A stretch of DNA of 27,491 bases from a virus. Taxonomy: Duplodnaviria > Caudoviricetes. The stretch covers positions 1-27,491 of the IMG/VR virus record IMGVR_UViG_3300017778_001401; one strand, written 5' to 3'. The notes under the pieces are model-generated. The model was given only the letters and a program-made list of their open reading frames with translations. It was not told the DNA's origin and searched no databases. Positions 1 through 8,220 of the stretch are shown here, piece by piece. Both the position numbers and the translations under genes were made by a program. Numbering within the stretch: the first letter of the stretch is position 1; each line of letters begins with the position of its first letter.

Positions 1-678
1 GCAGGCGCGCTTTCTATGTTATCAGGCAATCAGTCAGGGGAGCTACCTAACAAGCCTACTGGCAATATGCTTCCAGGCGCGCCTGTAGATAGTGCGCCAA
101 CTTTAGAGCAGCTCACACAACTATACCCACAACTTGCTAATGCAGACCCCGCGCTTATGCAATATCTACAAGGCAAAGCTGGTAAAGCTAGTTACTATAA
201 GTACGGTAGTACAAGTAATCTAAACACACCTTTGATGACAGCAAGCACAGGAATGCCATCATACGGGTCTCCGTTTACAACAAACAACTCATACAACAAC
301 CCTGGGTTTGGGTCAATCCCAACTACAGGCAGTTCCAATCTAACCAGTACTGGTCAAAGTCTACTTAACGGCAGCCCATTGGCTGCATACCGCAAAGGCG
401 GGCCTGTCGACCACAAGCCTAAGTTCATCACAGGCAAGACAGGCAACTATGTTCGTGGCAAAGGCGACGGTCAGTCTGATGAGATTCCAGCCATGCTTGC
501 CGACGGTGAGTATGTTTTTGATGCTGACATAGTTGCTGCACTAGGTAATGGATCTAATGAGGCAGGGTCAAGGGTTCTGGATAAAATGAGAGAAAATATT
601 CGTAAGCATAAGCGATCTGCCGCATCTGGCAAAATACCGCCACCGGCTAAATCGCCATTGGCATACATGAAAGGCTAA
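1..678 (+). CDS. Putative virion/ejection protein, probably 5'-truncated (C-terminal part)
   Basis: Frame is open from base 1 (gca ggc gcg ctt tct atg). The C-terminus YRKGGPV...GKGDGQSDEIPAMLADGEYVFDADIVAALGNGS is a motif block typical of phage virion or ejected proteins. Confidence 0.6.
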   Translation, partial: AGALSMLSGNQSGELPNKPTGNMLPGAPVDSAPTLEQLTQLYPQLANADPALMQYLQGKAGKASYYKYGSTSNLNTPLMTASTGMPSYGSPFTTNNSYNNPGFGSIPTTGSSNLTSTGQSLLNGSPLAAYRKGGPVDHKPKFITGKTGNYVRGKGDGQSDEIPAMLADGEYVFDADIVAALGNGSNEAGSRVLDKMRENIRKHKRSAASGKIPPPAKSPLAYMKG

Positions 679-679
679 T

Positions 680-1654
680 ATGGCAACCTTAACGCAGGGC
701 GATGCGCTACCGAATATCACCACTTCTCAGCAAGCGGTAACATCAGCCCCTAGCTGGTACACCGACTATCTAAGTGGCATGGCAAATAGTGCCGCCACAG
801 GCGCGCAAAATGCTAAATTTGTTGGCGCTAATGATCTACAAAATCGAGCTTTTAATTTAGCAGGGTCTACTGCAGGCCAGTATCAGCCACAAATAGCAGA
901 AGCAAGTAGACTAGCATCTGGCGTAGGCAATACTGACATTACTCAAAGAGTAGGTCAGTTTATGACGCCATACACAAATCAAGTTGTGGATGCCTTAGGA
1001 GTGCTAGGTAAAAGAAACATTAACGATTATTTAATGCCGCAAGCCAATGCAAGTGCAGTAGGCACAGGTCAGTTTGGCTCTAAACGAGGCGCAGAAGTAC
1101 TTGGTCAGGCAGTAAACACTGGGCTTTCTAATCTTAGTGGCGCACAATCACAAGCTTTGCAGACAGGCTATACCCAAGCATTGGGGGCGACTCAAGCTGA
1201 TCAAGCTCAAAAGTTAGCATCTGCACAGCAACTTGGCACATTGGCGCAACAAGGCCAAGGAATGAATCTGGCTGACATCAATGCATTGGCTACCATGGGT
1301 GGACAGCAGCAGACAATCGACCAGAATCAGCAGCTATTTCCGCTTCAAGCACTAAACTTAGGCTCACAGGCACTTCGTGGCTATAGCGTACCAACTTCAG
1401 TATCTAATACTTACACCGGGCCCATCCCTGGTGCATATGCAACATCGCCATTGTCACAAATAGCAGGCTTAGGCTCAATCATTGCAGGTTCAAGCAATAC
1501 GCCATTTGGGCAATGGATAGGCAACAAAATCGGTGGTTGGTTAAGCAGCAATTCTACGTACACCGACCCAGCTGGGCCTACGGCGCTTGACTTTACAGGC
1601 TGGGAAGACTGGTACAAGACTCATGGTGGTGGCAATGCCGATGAAACCCCTTAA
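680..1654 (+). CDS. Putative DNA-ejection/pilot virion protein (324 aa)
   Basis: Gly/Ala/Gln-rich, with FMTPYTNQVVD and GQFGSKRG motifs typical of podophage ejection proteins. RBS-like GAAAGG upstream. Confidence 0.6.
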   Translation: MATLTQGDALPNITTSQQAVTSAPSWYTDYLSGMANSAATGAQNAKFVGANDLQNRAFNLAGSTAGQYQPQIAEASRLASGVGNTDITQRVGQFMTPYTNQVVDALGVLGKRNINDYLMPQANASAVGTGQFGSKRGAEVLGQAVNTGLSNLSGAQSQALQTGYTQALGATQADQAQKLASAQQLGTLAQQGQGMNLADINALATMGGQQQTIDQNQQLFPLQALNLGSQALRGYSVPTSVSNTYTGPIPGAYATSPLSQIAGLGSIIAGSSNTPFGQWIGNKIGGWLSSNSTYTDPAGPTALDFTGWEDWYKTHGGGNADETP

Positions 1655-1663
1655 GGATTAAAA

Positions 1664-3349
1664 ATGGCACTACCTTCAAAGCCCCCACTGATAGGCAATC
1701 AAAATGATCCTGCAAGCCGAGAGTATTACGCCGCATTACAAAAGACATTAGATGCGCTAGATGCTCGTGCAAACCAAGGCCCTAACTGGTTTCAAATTGC
1801 AGGCGCATTTCTAGACCCTGGTAAGACAGGTAATTTCGGTGAGTCGCTAGGCAATGTTGGAAAAGTAATGGGAGCTCAACAAGAGCAAAAGCAAGCACAG
1901 ATGCTGCCTATTGCCCAAATGAGAGCCGAGATCTCAGGCCAAAAGTATCAGATGCAAAACCAAGCCAAGGCTATGGGTATACTTGCATCGGCTATGGGTA
2001 CAACGCCTGATGTTGCGACTAAAGCACTTCAAGAAGGCACAGTACCGCCTGCCGCTGCTAGCAGAATTACGCCTCAGCTATACGCACAAGTTGCGCAACT
2101 ATCACCACAAGTCGGCGAGATGGTGTCTAAACTTTTTGGCATGCAAAATGAAGTCACTAAAGTTGATCTGCAAGGTAAACAATACCAGCTTGAGTTAGAT
2201 AAGTTTACAGCAGAGAAATCACAGCGTCTCGTTACTAACGCGCAAGCTGATCTTAGAAATGGCATGGACGTTGCAACGCTCAAAGCTAAGTACGGCGATG
2301 AGATTCTTAGCATGATTCCGAACTACGTACAACCTGGGGGTGGTCAACCTGCGCCGGCACCGGCTTCGGCATTACCGCCGGCGCCTAAGCCAGTGTCGTC
2401 TATACCAATGTCTTCGATGATTAGTGCGCCAAACCCTGATATGGGTGGTGCACCAGGGTTAAAAGCCCCTGCCGCGTTAATGCCTCCGCCCCCGTCTTCG
2501 CTTGCTATGGGACCTGCTGCAAGTGCGTCACCTAGCATTCCTGAGATGCGAGCAGCATTGGCTGCAAATACGCCTACTGCACCGACACCAACTTCAGTTG
2601 GCTCAACAGCTACAAGCATAAATACTGCAAGTTTACCTTTGGAAGCCAGAATTAGCACAAATCGGGCTATTGTAGAAGCTCAAGGCAAATCAGACATAGA
2701 AGTTGCGCAAAAGCGCACTGAAGGCCGCGATGTCGAATGGAAAGACAAACGGTCTGGTATCTTAACGTTTGACCCAAGCGCAACTAGCTCTCAGACTCGT
2801 GATCTTAAAGAGCTATATGACATTGCCAATAAGAAGCCTCATATTTTTGGCATACTGCAAAAAGAAGGCGCCATTGCTGCAATGAAAGCAGCGGCACAAG
2901 AAGGCGTAACTACACCATGGGGCAGTTTCTCACTTCCTGCTAAAATCATGGAAGAGAAATACAGGCTTAGCGAAGATGATCAGCGCGACTTAAGCATTGC
3001 GCAAAAGATACTTGGCAGACAGTTTTTTGAGAATGCAAAAACTAATAAGTCAGTGCTTGGCCCACAAATCTCCAATGCGGACGTGGTGTTGTTGAAATCA
3101 CCGCTTATTACTGATCAAGATTCTGCAGAAGCCATTAAGTACTGGGTGAAGCAAAACGTGCTTGCCAATAAACAGAAAGATGAGCTGTATAAAAATCTAA
3201 CAGCATTTGATCAAAAGTATGGGTCAAGAGTGCCTACGTCACAGTTCTTTACAGGGCCTGAATACAAAGCAATTTTTGATCGGTATGACAACCTCTTCCG
3301 TGAGCTTACTCGTACACACAGCCCTGTCTTCTCATCTCCATCGAGGTAA
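1664..3349 (+). CDS. Putative internal virion/ejection protein (561 aa) with central Pro/Ala-rich linker
   Basis: AAGGA RBS. N-terminal GAFLDPGKTGNFGESLGN motif, Q-rich helices and a P/A-rich linker at about 2330-2620. Lies in the ejection-protein cluster. Confidence 0.55.
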   Translation: MALPSKPPLIGNQNDPASREYYAALQKTLDALDARANQGPNWFQIAGAFLDPGKTGNFGESLGNVGKVMGAQQEQKQAQMLPIAQMRAEISGQKYQMQNQAKAMGILASAMGTTPDVATKALQEGTVPPAAASRITPQLYAQVAQLSPQVGEMVSKLFGMQNEVTKVDLQGKQYQLELDKFTAEKSQRLVTNAQADLRNGMDVATLKAKYGDEILSMIPNYVQPGGGQPAPAPASALPPAPKPVSSIPMSSMISAPNPDMGGAPGLKAPAALMPPPPSSLAMGPAASASPSIPEMRAALAANTPTAPTPTSVGSTATSINTASLPLEARISTNRAIVEAQGKSDIEVAQKRTEGRDVEWKDKRSGILTFDPSATSSQTRDLKELYDIANKKPHIFGILQKEGAIAAMKAAAQEGVTTPWGSFSLPAKIMEEKYRLSEDDQRDLSIAQKILGRQFFENAKTNKSVLGPQISNADVVLLKSPLITDQDSAEAIKYWVKQNVLANKQKDELYKNLTAFDQKYGSRVPTSQFFTGPEYKAIFDRYDNLFRELTRTHSPVFSSPSR

Positions 3350-3351
3350 TC

Positions 3352-4572
3352 ATGGCCGATACTCCAAAGTCTGCTGATAACTCTAATGCACTTGAAGATG
3401 TTGACCCACTGTTTTCGAAGTCTAAGAAAGCAGGCACCAAAGATGATTTTTACGTTCAAGATGACAGTGGCTCTGCGATTGATCTAGAGGGTATGGATGA
3501 CATCTTTAAAGACATGCCTAGGTCACCATCATCAACTACAACCGCGCCTAAGCGTGAACCTAAGTCAACAAACCCTGCTATGAGCGCAGTTGCAGGCGCC
3601 GTAACAGGGGCAGTGCTAAACCGCGTTAAGCCTACAGAGTGGAAAGCGCCTAGTACATCAGCAGCATCGTCAAACGTAGCCGCGGCTGAAGCTCGCGTAA
3701 ATAGTCTAAGACAGACTATTGCAGCTGCAAAAGCCGGCAAGTCACCAATTGCATCGGACATTATGAAGCAATTGGAAGGTGCACAAGCAGTGCTTGACCA
3801 AAAGCGTGCTGAGCTTAATTTGGCAAAACAAGAAGCCAGTAAGTTCGGAATTTCATCTGTTGAGTCCGCTGTACCTGAAGGCACGGAGCTTTCAGGCGAT
3901 AAGTGGAACCGTAAAGTTGTAGGCGATCTAGGCCCTGGTGCTGCAAGTAGCACTGAAGCTGCAAGAAACTATCAATTACAGCAAAGTCTAACTCCTGATG
4001 AAGCATCTAAGTTTAGAGCTGCTAGGTCCGGCTTAATTGTGCCAAATACTCTTGAGAACACTAAAGCATACTTCGGCACTGCTATGTCAAATGTGCATGA
4101 CTTGTTTTCTAAAGCACAAGCTGAGTATGAAGCGGCACAACAGCAAGTCTTAAAGCTTCAATCTGCGCTTGAAAAAGCTGCAGGCCCAGGCCGTATGGCG
4201 CAATTAAGTAATGCTTTAGACACTGCACAAACGGTTTCTGACGCTGCTAAAGCAAAACTTTCGTCACTTGCTAGTCAAGCGCCTCCGTCCATGGTTCAAG
4301 CTGGAAAGTTTATTAGCAAGATTCCATTTAGCAATATCGCATCAGGCGCATTTGCAGGATACGATGCTGCACAAGCATATGATGACTACAAACAAGGTAA
4401 CTACACCGATGCTGCATTTCATGGCATGGGTGCTGCCAGCGGCGCATTAATGGCAACCCCTAATTTGTATGCAAAAGGCGTAGGCGCTGCAATGGCCATT
4501 CCTCCGCTGGCATATGAAGCGTACAAATACTTTAATAAGCCAGATGAGAAAGAAAAAGCTAAAGCCCCTTAG
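3352..4572 (+). CDS. Putative internal virion protein (406 aa), coiled-coil with hydrophobic Gly/Ala C-terminus
   Basis: GAGG RBS. Ala-rich coiled coils and a glycine-zipper-like C-terminal segment. Last gene of the + strand block. Confidence 0.5.
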   Translation: MADTPKSADNSNALEDVDPLFSKSKKAGTKDDFYVQDDSGSAIDLEGMDDIFKDMPRSPSSTTTAPKREPKSTNPAMSAVAGAVTGAVLNRVKPTEWKAPSTSAASSNVAAAEARVNSLRQTIAAAKAGKSPIASDIMKQLEGAQAVLDQKRAELNLAKQEASKFGISSVESAVPEGTELSGDKWNRKVVGDLGPGAASSTEAARNYQLQQSLTPDEASKFRAARSGLIVPNTLENTKAYFGTAMSNVHDLFSKAQAEYEAAQQQVLKLQSALEKAAGPGRMAQLSNALDTAQTVSDAAKAKLSSLASQAPPSMVQAGKFISKIPFSNIASGAFAGYDAAQAYDDYKQGNYTDAAFHGMGAASGALMATPNLYAKGVGAAMAIPPLAYEAYKYFNKPDEKEKAKAP

Positions 4573-4849
4573 CTTCGATAATTCGAATTATCTGCTTTAG
4601 CATTGCAACTTGAAGCTGTTTGGCGTCATCAACTGACACTTTTAGGGTGTCATCAAAGTCTTCAGGCCTTACCAGCTGAATCTGCGTATGAATGGCATGC
4701 AAAACGCTACGCCTTTCCAGCATAGAGCCTACGTGAAAAGCTTCTGTCCAGACATCATACGGGTCTGTAAGAAGATCTTCTTTGCAGGTGCGCTTTAACA
4801 GCTCAATCCAGTTTTCATAGCCGTCACGAACAATGTTAAGAGGCTGCAT
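4559..4849 (-). CDS. Hypothetical phage protein (96 aa)
   Basis: AAGGA RBS. Overlaps the upstream gene, and its stop overlaps the convergent + strand gene by 14 nt. Confidence 0.65.
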   Translation of the reverse strand: MQPLNIVRDGYENWIELLKRTCKEDLLTDPYDVWTEAFHVGSMLERRSVLHAIHTQIQLVRPEDFDDTLKVSVDDAKQLQVAMLKQIIRIIEAKGL

Positions 4850-5060
4850 GAGTATTCCTTAGCTTAAGAATTTTTTCAGAATAAACAGGCTTTGGCTTTT
4901 CAATGCTTTCAATGCCTTTAATAGCCAAAGCTCTAAACTCTGCCCATTTACGTTGGTAGACAGGGTCTTCCGACGGTGGCACATAGCCGTATAGCTGTCT
5001 CCATCGGATTGATACATCAGTGGATGCAGGTGTGTACACAAAATGCTCTTTGGTAGTCAT
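4836..5060 (-). CDS. Hypothetical phage protein (74 aa) with WxxxYGYVPPSE motif
   Basis: AAGGAG RBS and ATGA coupling with the upstream gene. Confidence 0.7.
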   Translation of the reverse strand: MTTKEHFVYTPASTDVSIRWRQLYGYVPPSEDPVYQRKWAEFRALAIKGIESIEKPKPVYSEKILKLRNTHAAS

Positions 5061-5752
5061 AGTTCAGCTCCTTTGGTGTTTAGCCATGCACGAAGTGCAG
5101 ACATTCCGCCATCAATTAGTACATGATTAGAGAATTGCTGGTAGATGCCGTAAATCGAATGATTTACAAAGTTCTTCATAATAAGATAAGCATCGGCATT
5201 TATGACTGACTTTTCGTTTACTGACTTACTAGCATCAACAAATCTAAAATCGTGCTTATGACCGTACTCTGACTCAATCATGTGCGTTTGTGAATTAAGT
5301 AAGCCTATAACCACAATTCTAGGCTTATGAAAATTATCACCATTGTATGTCGGATCATGCTTTGTTAAACGAAATTCGTGCTCAAGCTCTTTAACTACCA
5401 ACTTCACATTGTCTTTGACAATTAATGCAATACGTCTAGCAATGGTGTTAATTAACTCATCTATTGAAGACTCTTGTGCAAGTTCAACCGTTACTTCTGG
5501 CTCTGGCTCTGGCTCTGGCTCTTTAGCAAGTGGCTTAACATAAGCTGCACGTTTCTTAACTTCATTAGTTAAGTCATAGCATGATGAGTAAGAATTAAAT
5601 GCTCTATGTCGGTTGCGATCAGTAAGCACCATTAGCTGTGCTTGCTTAATCGCGTCGTAAGGCGAGAGTGCACGCAATTTATAGTACTCTGTTGCTTTAT
5701 CAAGCACTTTTTCTTTTTCTTCATTTGTCCATCGAATTTTAGCAGTCATCAT
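5057..5752 (-). CDS. Hypothetical protein (231 aa): N-terminal helical (possibly DNA-binding) domain, PE-repeat linker, C-terminal DUF2325-like alpha/beta domain
   Basis: RWTNEEKEKV start, (PE)n linker and C-terminal IVVIG...ADAYLIMKNFVNHS resembling DUF2325. AAGGA RBS and ATGA overlap. Confidence 0.55.
   Translation of the reverse strand: MMTAKIRWTNEEKEKVLDKATEYYKLRALSPYDAIKQAQLMVLTDRNRHRAFNSYSSCYDLTNEVKKRAAYVKPLAKEPEPEPEPEVTVELAQESSIDELINTIARRIALIVKDNVKLVVKELEHEFRLTKHDPTYNGDNFHKPRIVVIGLLNSQTHMIESEYGHKHDFRFVDASKSVNEKSVINADAYLIMKNFVNHSIYGIYQQFSNHVLIDGGMSALRAWLNTKGAEL
5496..5522. repeat. (TCTGGC)x4.5 coding microsatellite (PEPEPEPE linker)
   Basis: tctggctctggctctggctctggctct read directly. 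Confidence 0.9.
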
Positions 5753-6000
5753 AGTTCCTTTTTGTATTCAGTAATATAGTAGCGGTAGTACTTCACACTT
5801 CTATTGAGTGCTTGCTTCTTAATGTTGTATTCAATACAAACATCTATTTGCCGCTCAAGACGCACTACCACACGTTCAAGAGCAGCAAATGTTGGTTTCT
5901 TCCAGTTTGGATAGGCAATCTTAAAAGCTTTAAAAATTTCTTTACGAGCCTTCAAAGGCATTACCTTAAGCTTACTGTGGATTGCCTTCCAGTTATTCAT
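5749..6000 (-). CDS. Basic hypothetical protein (83 aa)
   Basis: ATGA coupling to the ThyX-like gene and to the downstream gene. K/R-rich. Confidence 0.65.
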   Translation of the reverse strand: MNNWKAIHSKLKVMPLKARKEIFKAFKIAYPNWKKPTFAALERVVVRLERQIDVCIEYNIKKQALNRSVKYYRYYITEYKKEL

Positions 6001-6920
6001 GGGTGTTTCTTCTCAATGGCATCGATCTGGCTAAGCAAGCCTTCACGAATTTTTAAGTACACATCACTCCCAAGGTACTCATCACGGCCTTTAGAATGGT
6101 AAAACTGCTCTTCACACCAGTCAAAGTTATCGTTCTTTGCATTTGGCGGAAAGATATTTGTTTTACCCTTGGCCGATTGCCGCTGATAGAACACATCCGG
6201 CTTTCTAAAGTCTACCAACCCTTTAAGAAAAGGATAGACCTTTAATACTTCAAGCCATAGCTTTATGGCGATAATGTTGTCTACCGTGGTTTGAATTTGC
6301 TCATCACCACGCATGATGCAGTAACCAATAAGGTCTTTAATCGTGCACCTAACCATATAAAAATGCTCAAAATTGCGAGGCATGATAGTCCGAGTATCAA
6401 GACCGTGCACAAGACCACTATCAAGCATGTCGATATAAAGATCTCGAGCCATTGTAGTAATTTGCTGATAACGATCATAGAAGTCCTTGTTAGCCATAAT
6501 CCCGGGTTTAACCACAACGCGGTCATCGCGCATATCTCTATCGCCATGGACTTGAGCCGCAAAGCTAAACAGACGGTGTCTGATTAAATGCGTTGTATCA
6601 ACCATATCCATGCCATTAACCGACCAAGTGATGTTAATCGTTTCCATTGCAGTAGGCAACAGTTCATACTTAAATAGCTCATCAATGGTTTGATCAACGT
6701 CTTCTTTTGGAAAGTCCCATTGGATCTTGTCATTCCATGTGTTCATTAGAAACACTGAAATCGTCTGACGGAATTGCTCAACCGTAGGGGCATGGACGAT
6801 CTTGACATCAATGGCTTCCAGCTGGTTGACAAACTCAATTGGCTTTGGCTTTTGACCGAATTTAAGTGTGGTGTGCATCTTTTGTAGATGCGGCATTTGT
6901 TCTTTACTAACCTTTGGCAT
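5997..6920 (-). CDS. thyX: Divergent ThyX/Thy1-like FAD-dependent thymidylate synthase family protein (307 aa)
   Basis: TAMETINITWSVNG...THLIRHRLFSFAAQVHGDR and DTRTIMPRN...GYCIMRGDEQIQ...EVLKVYP align with ThyX motifs (HxSxxEH, RHRxxS, ARxxLP, LRxxxHAQ). The RHRx7S serine is replaced by Val. Confidence 0.75.
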   Translation of the reverse strand: MPKVSKEQMPHLQKMHTTLKFGQKPKPIEFVNQLEAIDVKIVHAPTVEQFRQTISVFLMNTWNDKIQWDFPKEDVDQTIDELFKYELLPTAMETINITWSVNGMDMVDTTHLIRHRLFSFAAQVHGDRDMRDDRVVVKPGIMANKDFYDRYQQITTMARDLYIDMLDSGLVHGLDTRTIMPRNFEHFYMVRCTIKDLIGYCIMRGDEQIQTTVDNIIAIKLWLEVLKVYPFLKGLVDFRKPDVFYQRQSAKGKTNIFPPNAKNDNFDWCEEQFYHSKGRDEYLGSDVYLKIREGLLSQIDAIEKKHP

Positions 6921-7191
6921 GTTGTTCCTTAATGAGTTGAAGTTCTACTAATCGTGCGTAGCCTGCAATATCTGTCCAGCTGTCTATGTGATTAGGCGAT
7001 ACAGCTAAACGAGAAAGTTTCATGGCTATCTTTGAGAGATAAATAACATAGATGGGGTCGAGCTCCTTTCCATGGGTTTTGCGATACCTGTCCTTTATAT
7101 TTTCAAGGATAACTGCTTCTAATGAAACACCATCATAAAAATCACCGTACACGGTACCTCGTTGTTCTAAAACTTGATCTGTCGTGGTCAT
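6907..7191 (-). CDS. DUF6378-like protein (94 aa), putative all-alpha nucleotide pyrophosphatase-type fold
   Basis: RGTVYGDF...KLSRL...HIDSWTDIAGYA signature. TAATG coupling with the HD gene. Confidence 0.75.
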   Translation of the reverse strand: MTTTDQVLEQRGTVYGDFYDGVSLEAVILENIKDRYRKTHGKELDPIYVIYLSKIAMKLSRLAVSPNHIDSWTDIAGYARLVELQLIKEQHAKG

Positions 7192-7700
7192 TACGCAACC
7201 TCGTAAGGCTTAAGTTTTTCTTGCAACTTAAGTAACCGTTTAGCGCTATTGGCATGCACGTCAACCATGTAGCCTTGGTTGCCTAGTGCAATCTCGTTTT
7301 GTGAATACTGCATGCATTGAAGAGCATCGGCATAATGCACAACCAAGGCTTCAGGCGAGTCCTCATGGTAAATGTCACAAAAATGCTTTATTTGAGGTGG
7401 AAAATTCTGTACGATCTGTTCTTCGGCTTCTTTAAGAGCCGCTGCAACGATTGGATAGTTCTTCTTAACCAAGTGGTTTACATCAGAGATTTCCATCTCG
7501 GCCAAGTCATGGCAAATAGCAATCTTAATTGCTTCATTGACATCAAACTTGTAAAAAGGCGCCATTAGCAAGACGCCTAAAGCCACAAAATAGCTATGTG
7601 TTGCCACACTCTCTTGATGAATTACCGGCTTCATGCTATATCGCTTGGTGTGCTCCAAGGTATAGCTTCGCATAAAAAAGTCCATGTCTTTACTATTCAT
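7191..7700 (-). CDS. HD-domain 5'-deoxynucleotidase (YfbR/HDDC2/DatZ-like, 169 aa)
   Basis: KRY...ESVATHSY...CHDLAEMEISD...VVHYADAL metal-binding motifs. GGAG RBS. Confidence 0.85.
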   Translation of the reverse strand: MNSKDMDFFMRSYTLEHTKRYSMKPVIHQESVATHSYFVALGVLLMAPFYKFDVNEAIKIAICHDLAEMEISDVNHLVKKNYPIVAAALKEAEEQIVQNFPPQIKHFCDIYHEDSPEALVVHYADALQCMQYSQNEIALGNQGYMVDVHANSAKRLLKLQEKLKPYEVA

Positions 7701-8154
7701 AGCTCATCTCCAAGTCTGACCAGTTTTTGCGGTCAAACACGCCTTTGTCAATTATTTCCCTAATGGCCATGTCCAACTGTATGAAGTTCCTAACCACGGA
7801 ACCGGATGCAGCTAAGACTAGATTAAACTTCTGACCAGGCTGACCATCCAGCCATAGGTATATGAGGGGAATTGAATTTGCGTAGCACCAGCCGGCCTCG
7901 AATAAGGTTCCTGGGTCCTTGCCATCGGTTACACACAAAGCTAGATCAGTTTTAAGTAAAGCCTTAACATTAAGTTCCAAGACCTGTTCAGGAGTAGTGG
8001 ACTTAGGGTCAAATAGGCATTCATCCTTAGGGCTAAAGTACCGGACGCCGTGGACGTCAAGAAGTGCCTTAGTGCTTTCGATGATTTCCACTTGTCGTGG
8101 ATTAAAAAATGGGCCGGCTATGTAAACATAGGGCTTAGTTGTGATTGAGTCCAT
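7693..8154 (-). CDS. Nucleoside 2-deoxyribosyltransferase (NDT) family protein (153 aa)
   Basis: YIAGPFF, FSP, DGKDPGTLFEAG (catalytic Glu) and FNLVL motifs. Start moved to ATG 8154, which follows an AGGA RBS. Confidence 0.85.
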   Translation of the reverse strand: MDSITTKPYVYIAGPFFNPRQVEIIESTKALLDVHGVRYFSPKDECLFDPKSTTPEQVLELNVKALLKTDLALCVTDGKDPGTLFEAGWCYANSIPLIYLWLDGQPGQKFNLVLAASGSVVRNFIQLDMAIREIIDKGVFDRKNWSDLEMSYE

Positions 8155-8174
8155 AGTTGTTCCTAGAAGTTGAC

Positions 8175-8188
8175 GGGGCCGAAGCCCC
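8175..8188 (-). promoter_or_regulatory. GGGGC-TTCG-GCCCC hairpin (UUCG tetraloop) upstream of the NDT RBS
   Basis: Perfect 5-bp GC stem with a C(UUCG)G loop on the - strand. Followed by AACTTCTA-GGA, with no U-tract. Confidence 0.6.
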
Positions 8189-8220
8189 AAATTTAGTACC
8201 GGGTTTGACTTGAGTGTGTT

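Noticed and set aside
5496-5522. Phase-variable switch at (TCTGGC)n
   Set aside because: The hexamer unit keeps the frame and only encodes a PE linker.
6907-7700. Z-genome (2-aminoadenine) pathway suggested by the DatZ-like HD enzyme
   Set aside because: No PurZ/adenylosuccinate synthetase homologue is visible in the window, and an HD enzyme alone is not diagnostic. The unseen part of the genome cannot be excluded.
7693-8154. Retron-type NDT effector
   Set aside because: No reverse transcriptase or msr/msd-like region nearby, and the context is nucleotide metabolism.
8175-8188. Intrinsic terminator
   Set aside because: No U-tract directly follows the stem on either strand, so it is treated as a leader or stabilising hairpin.
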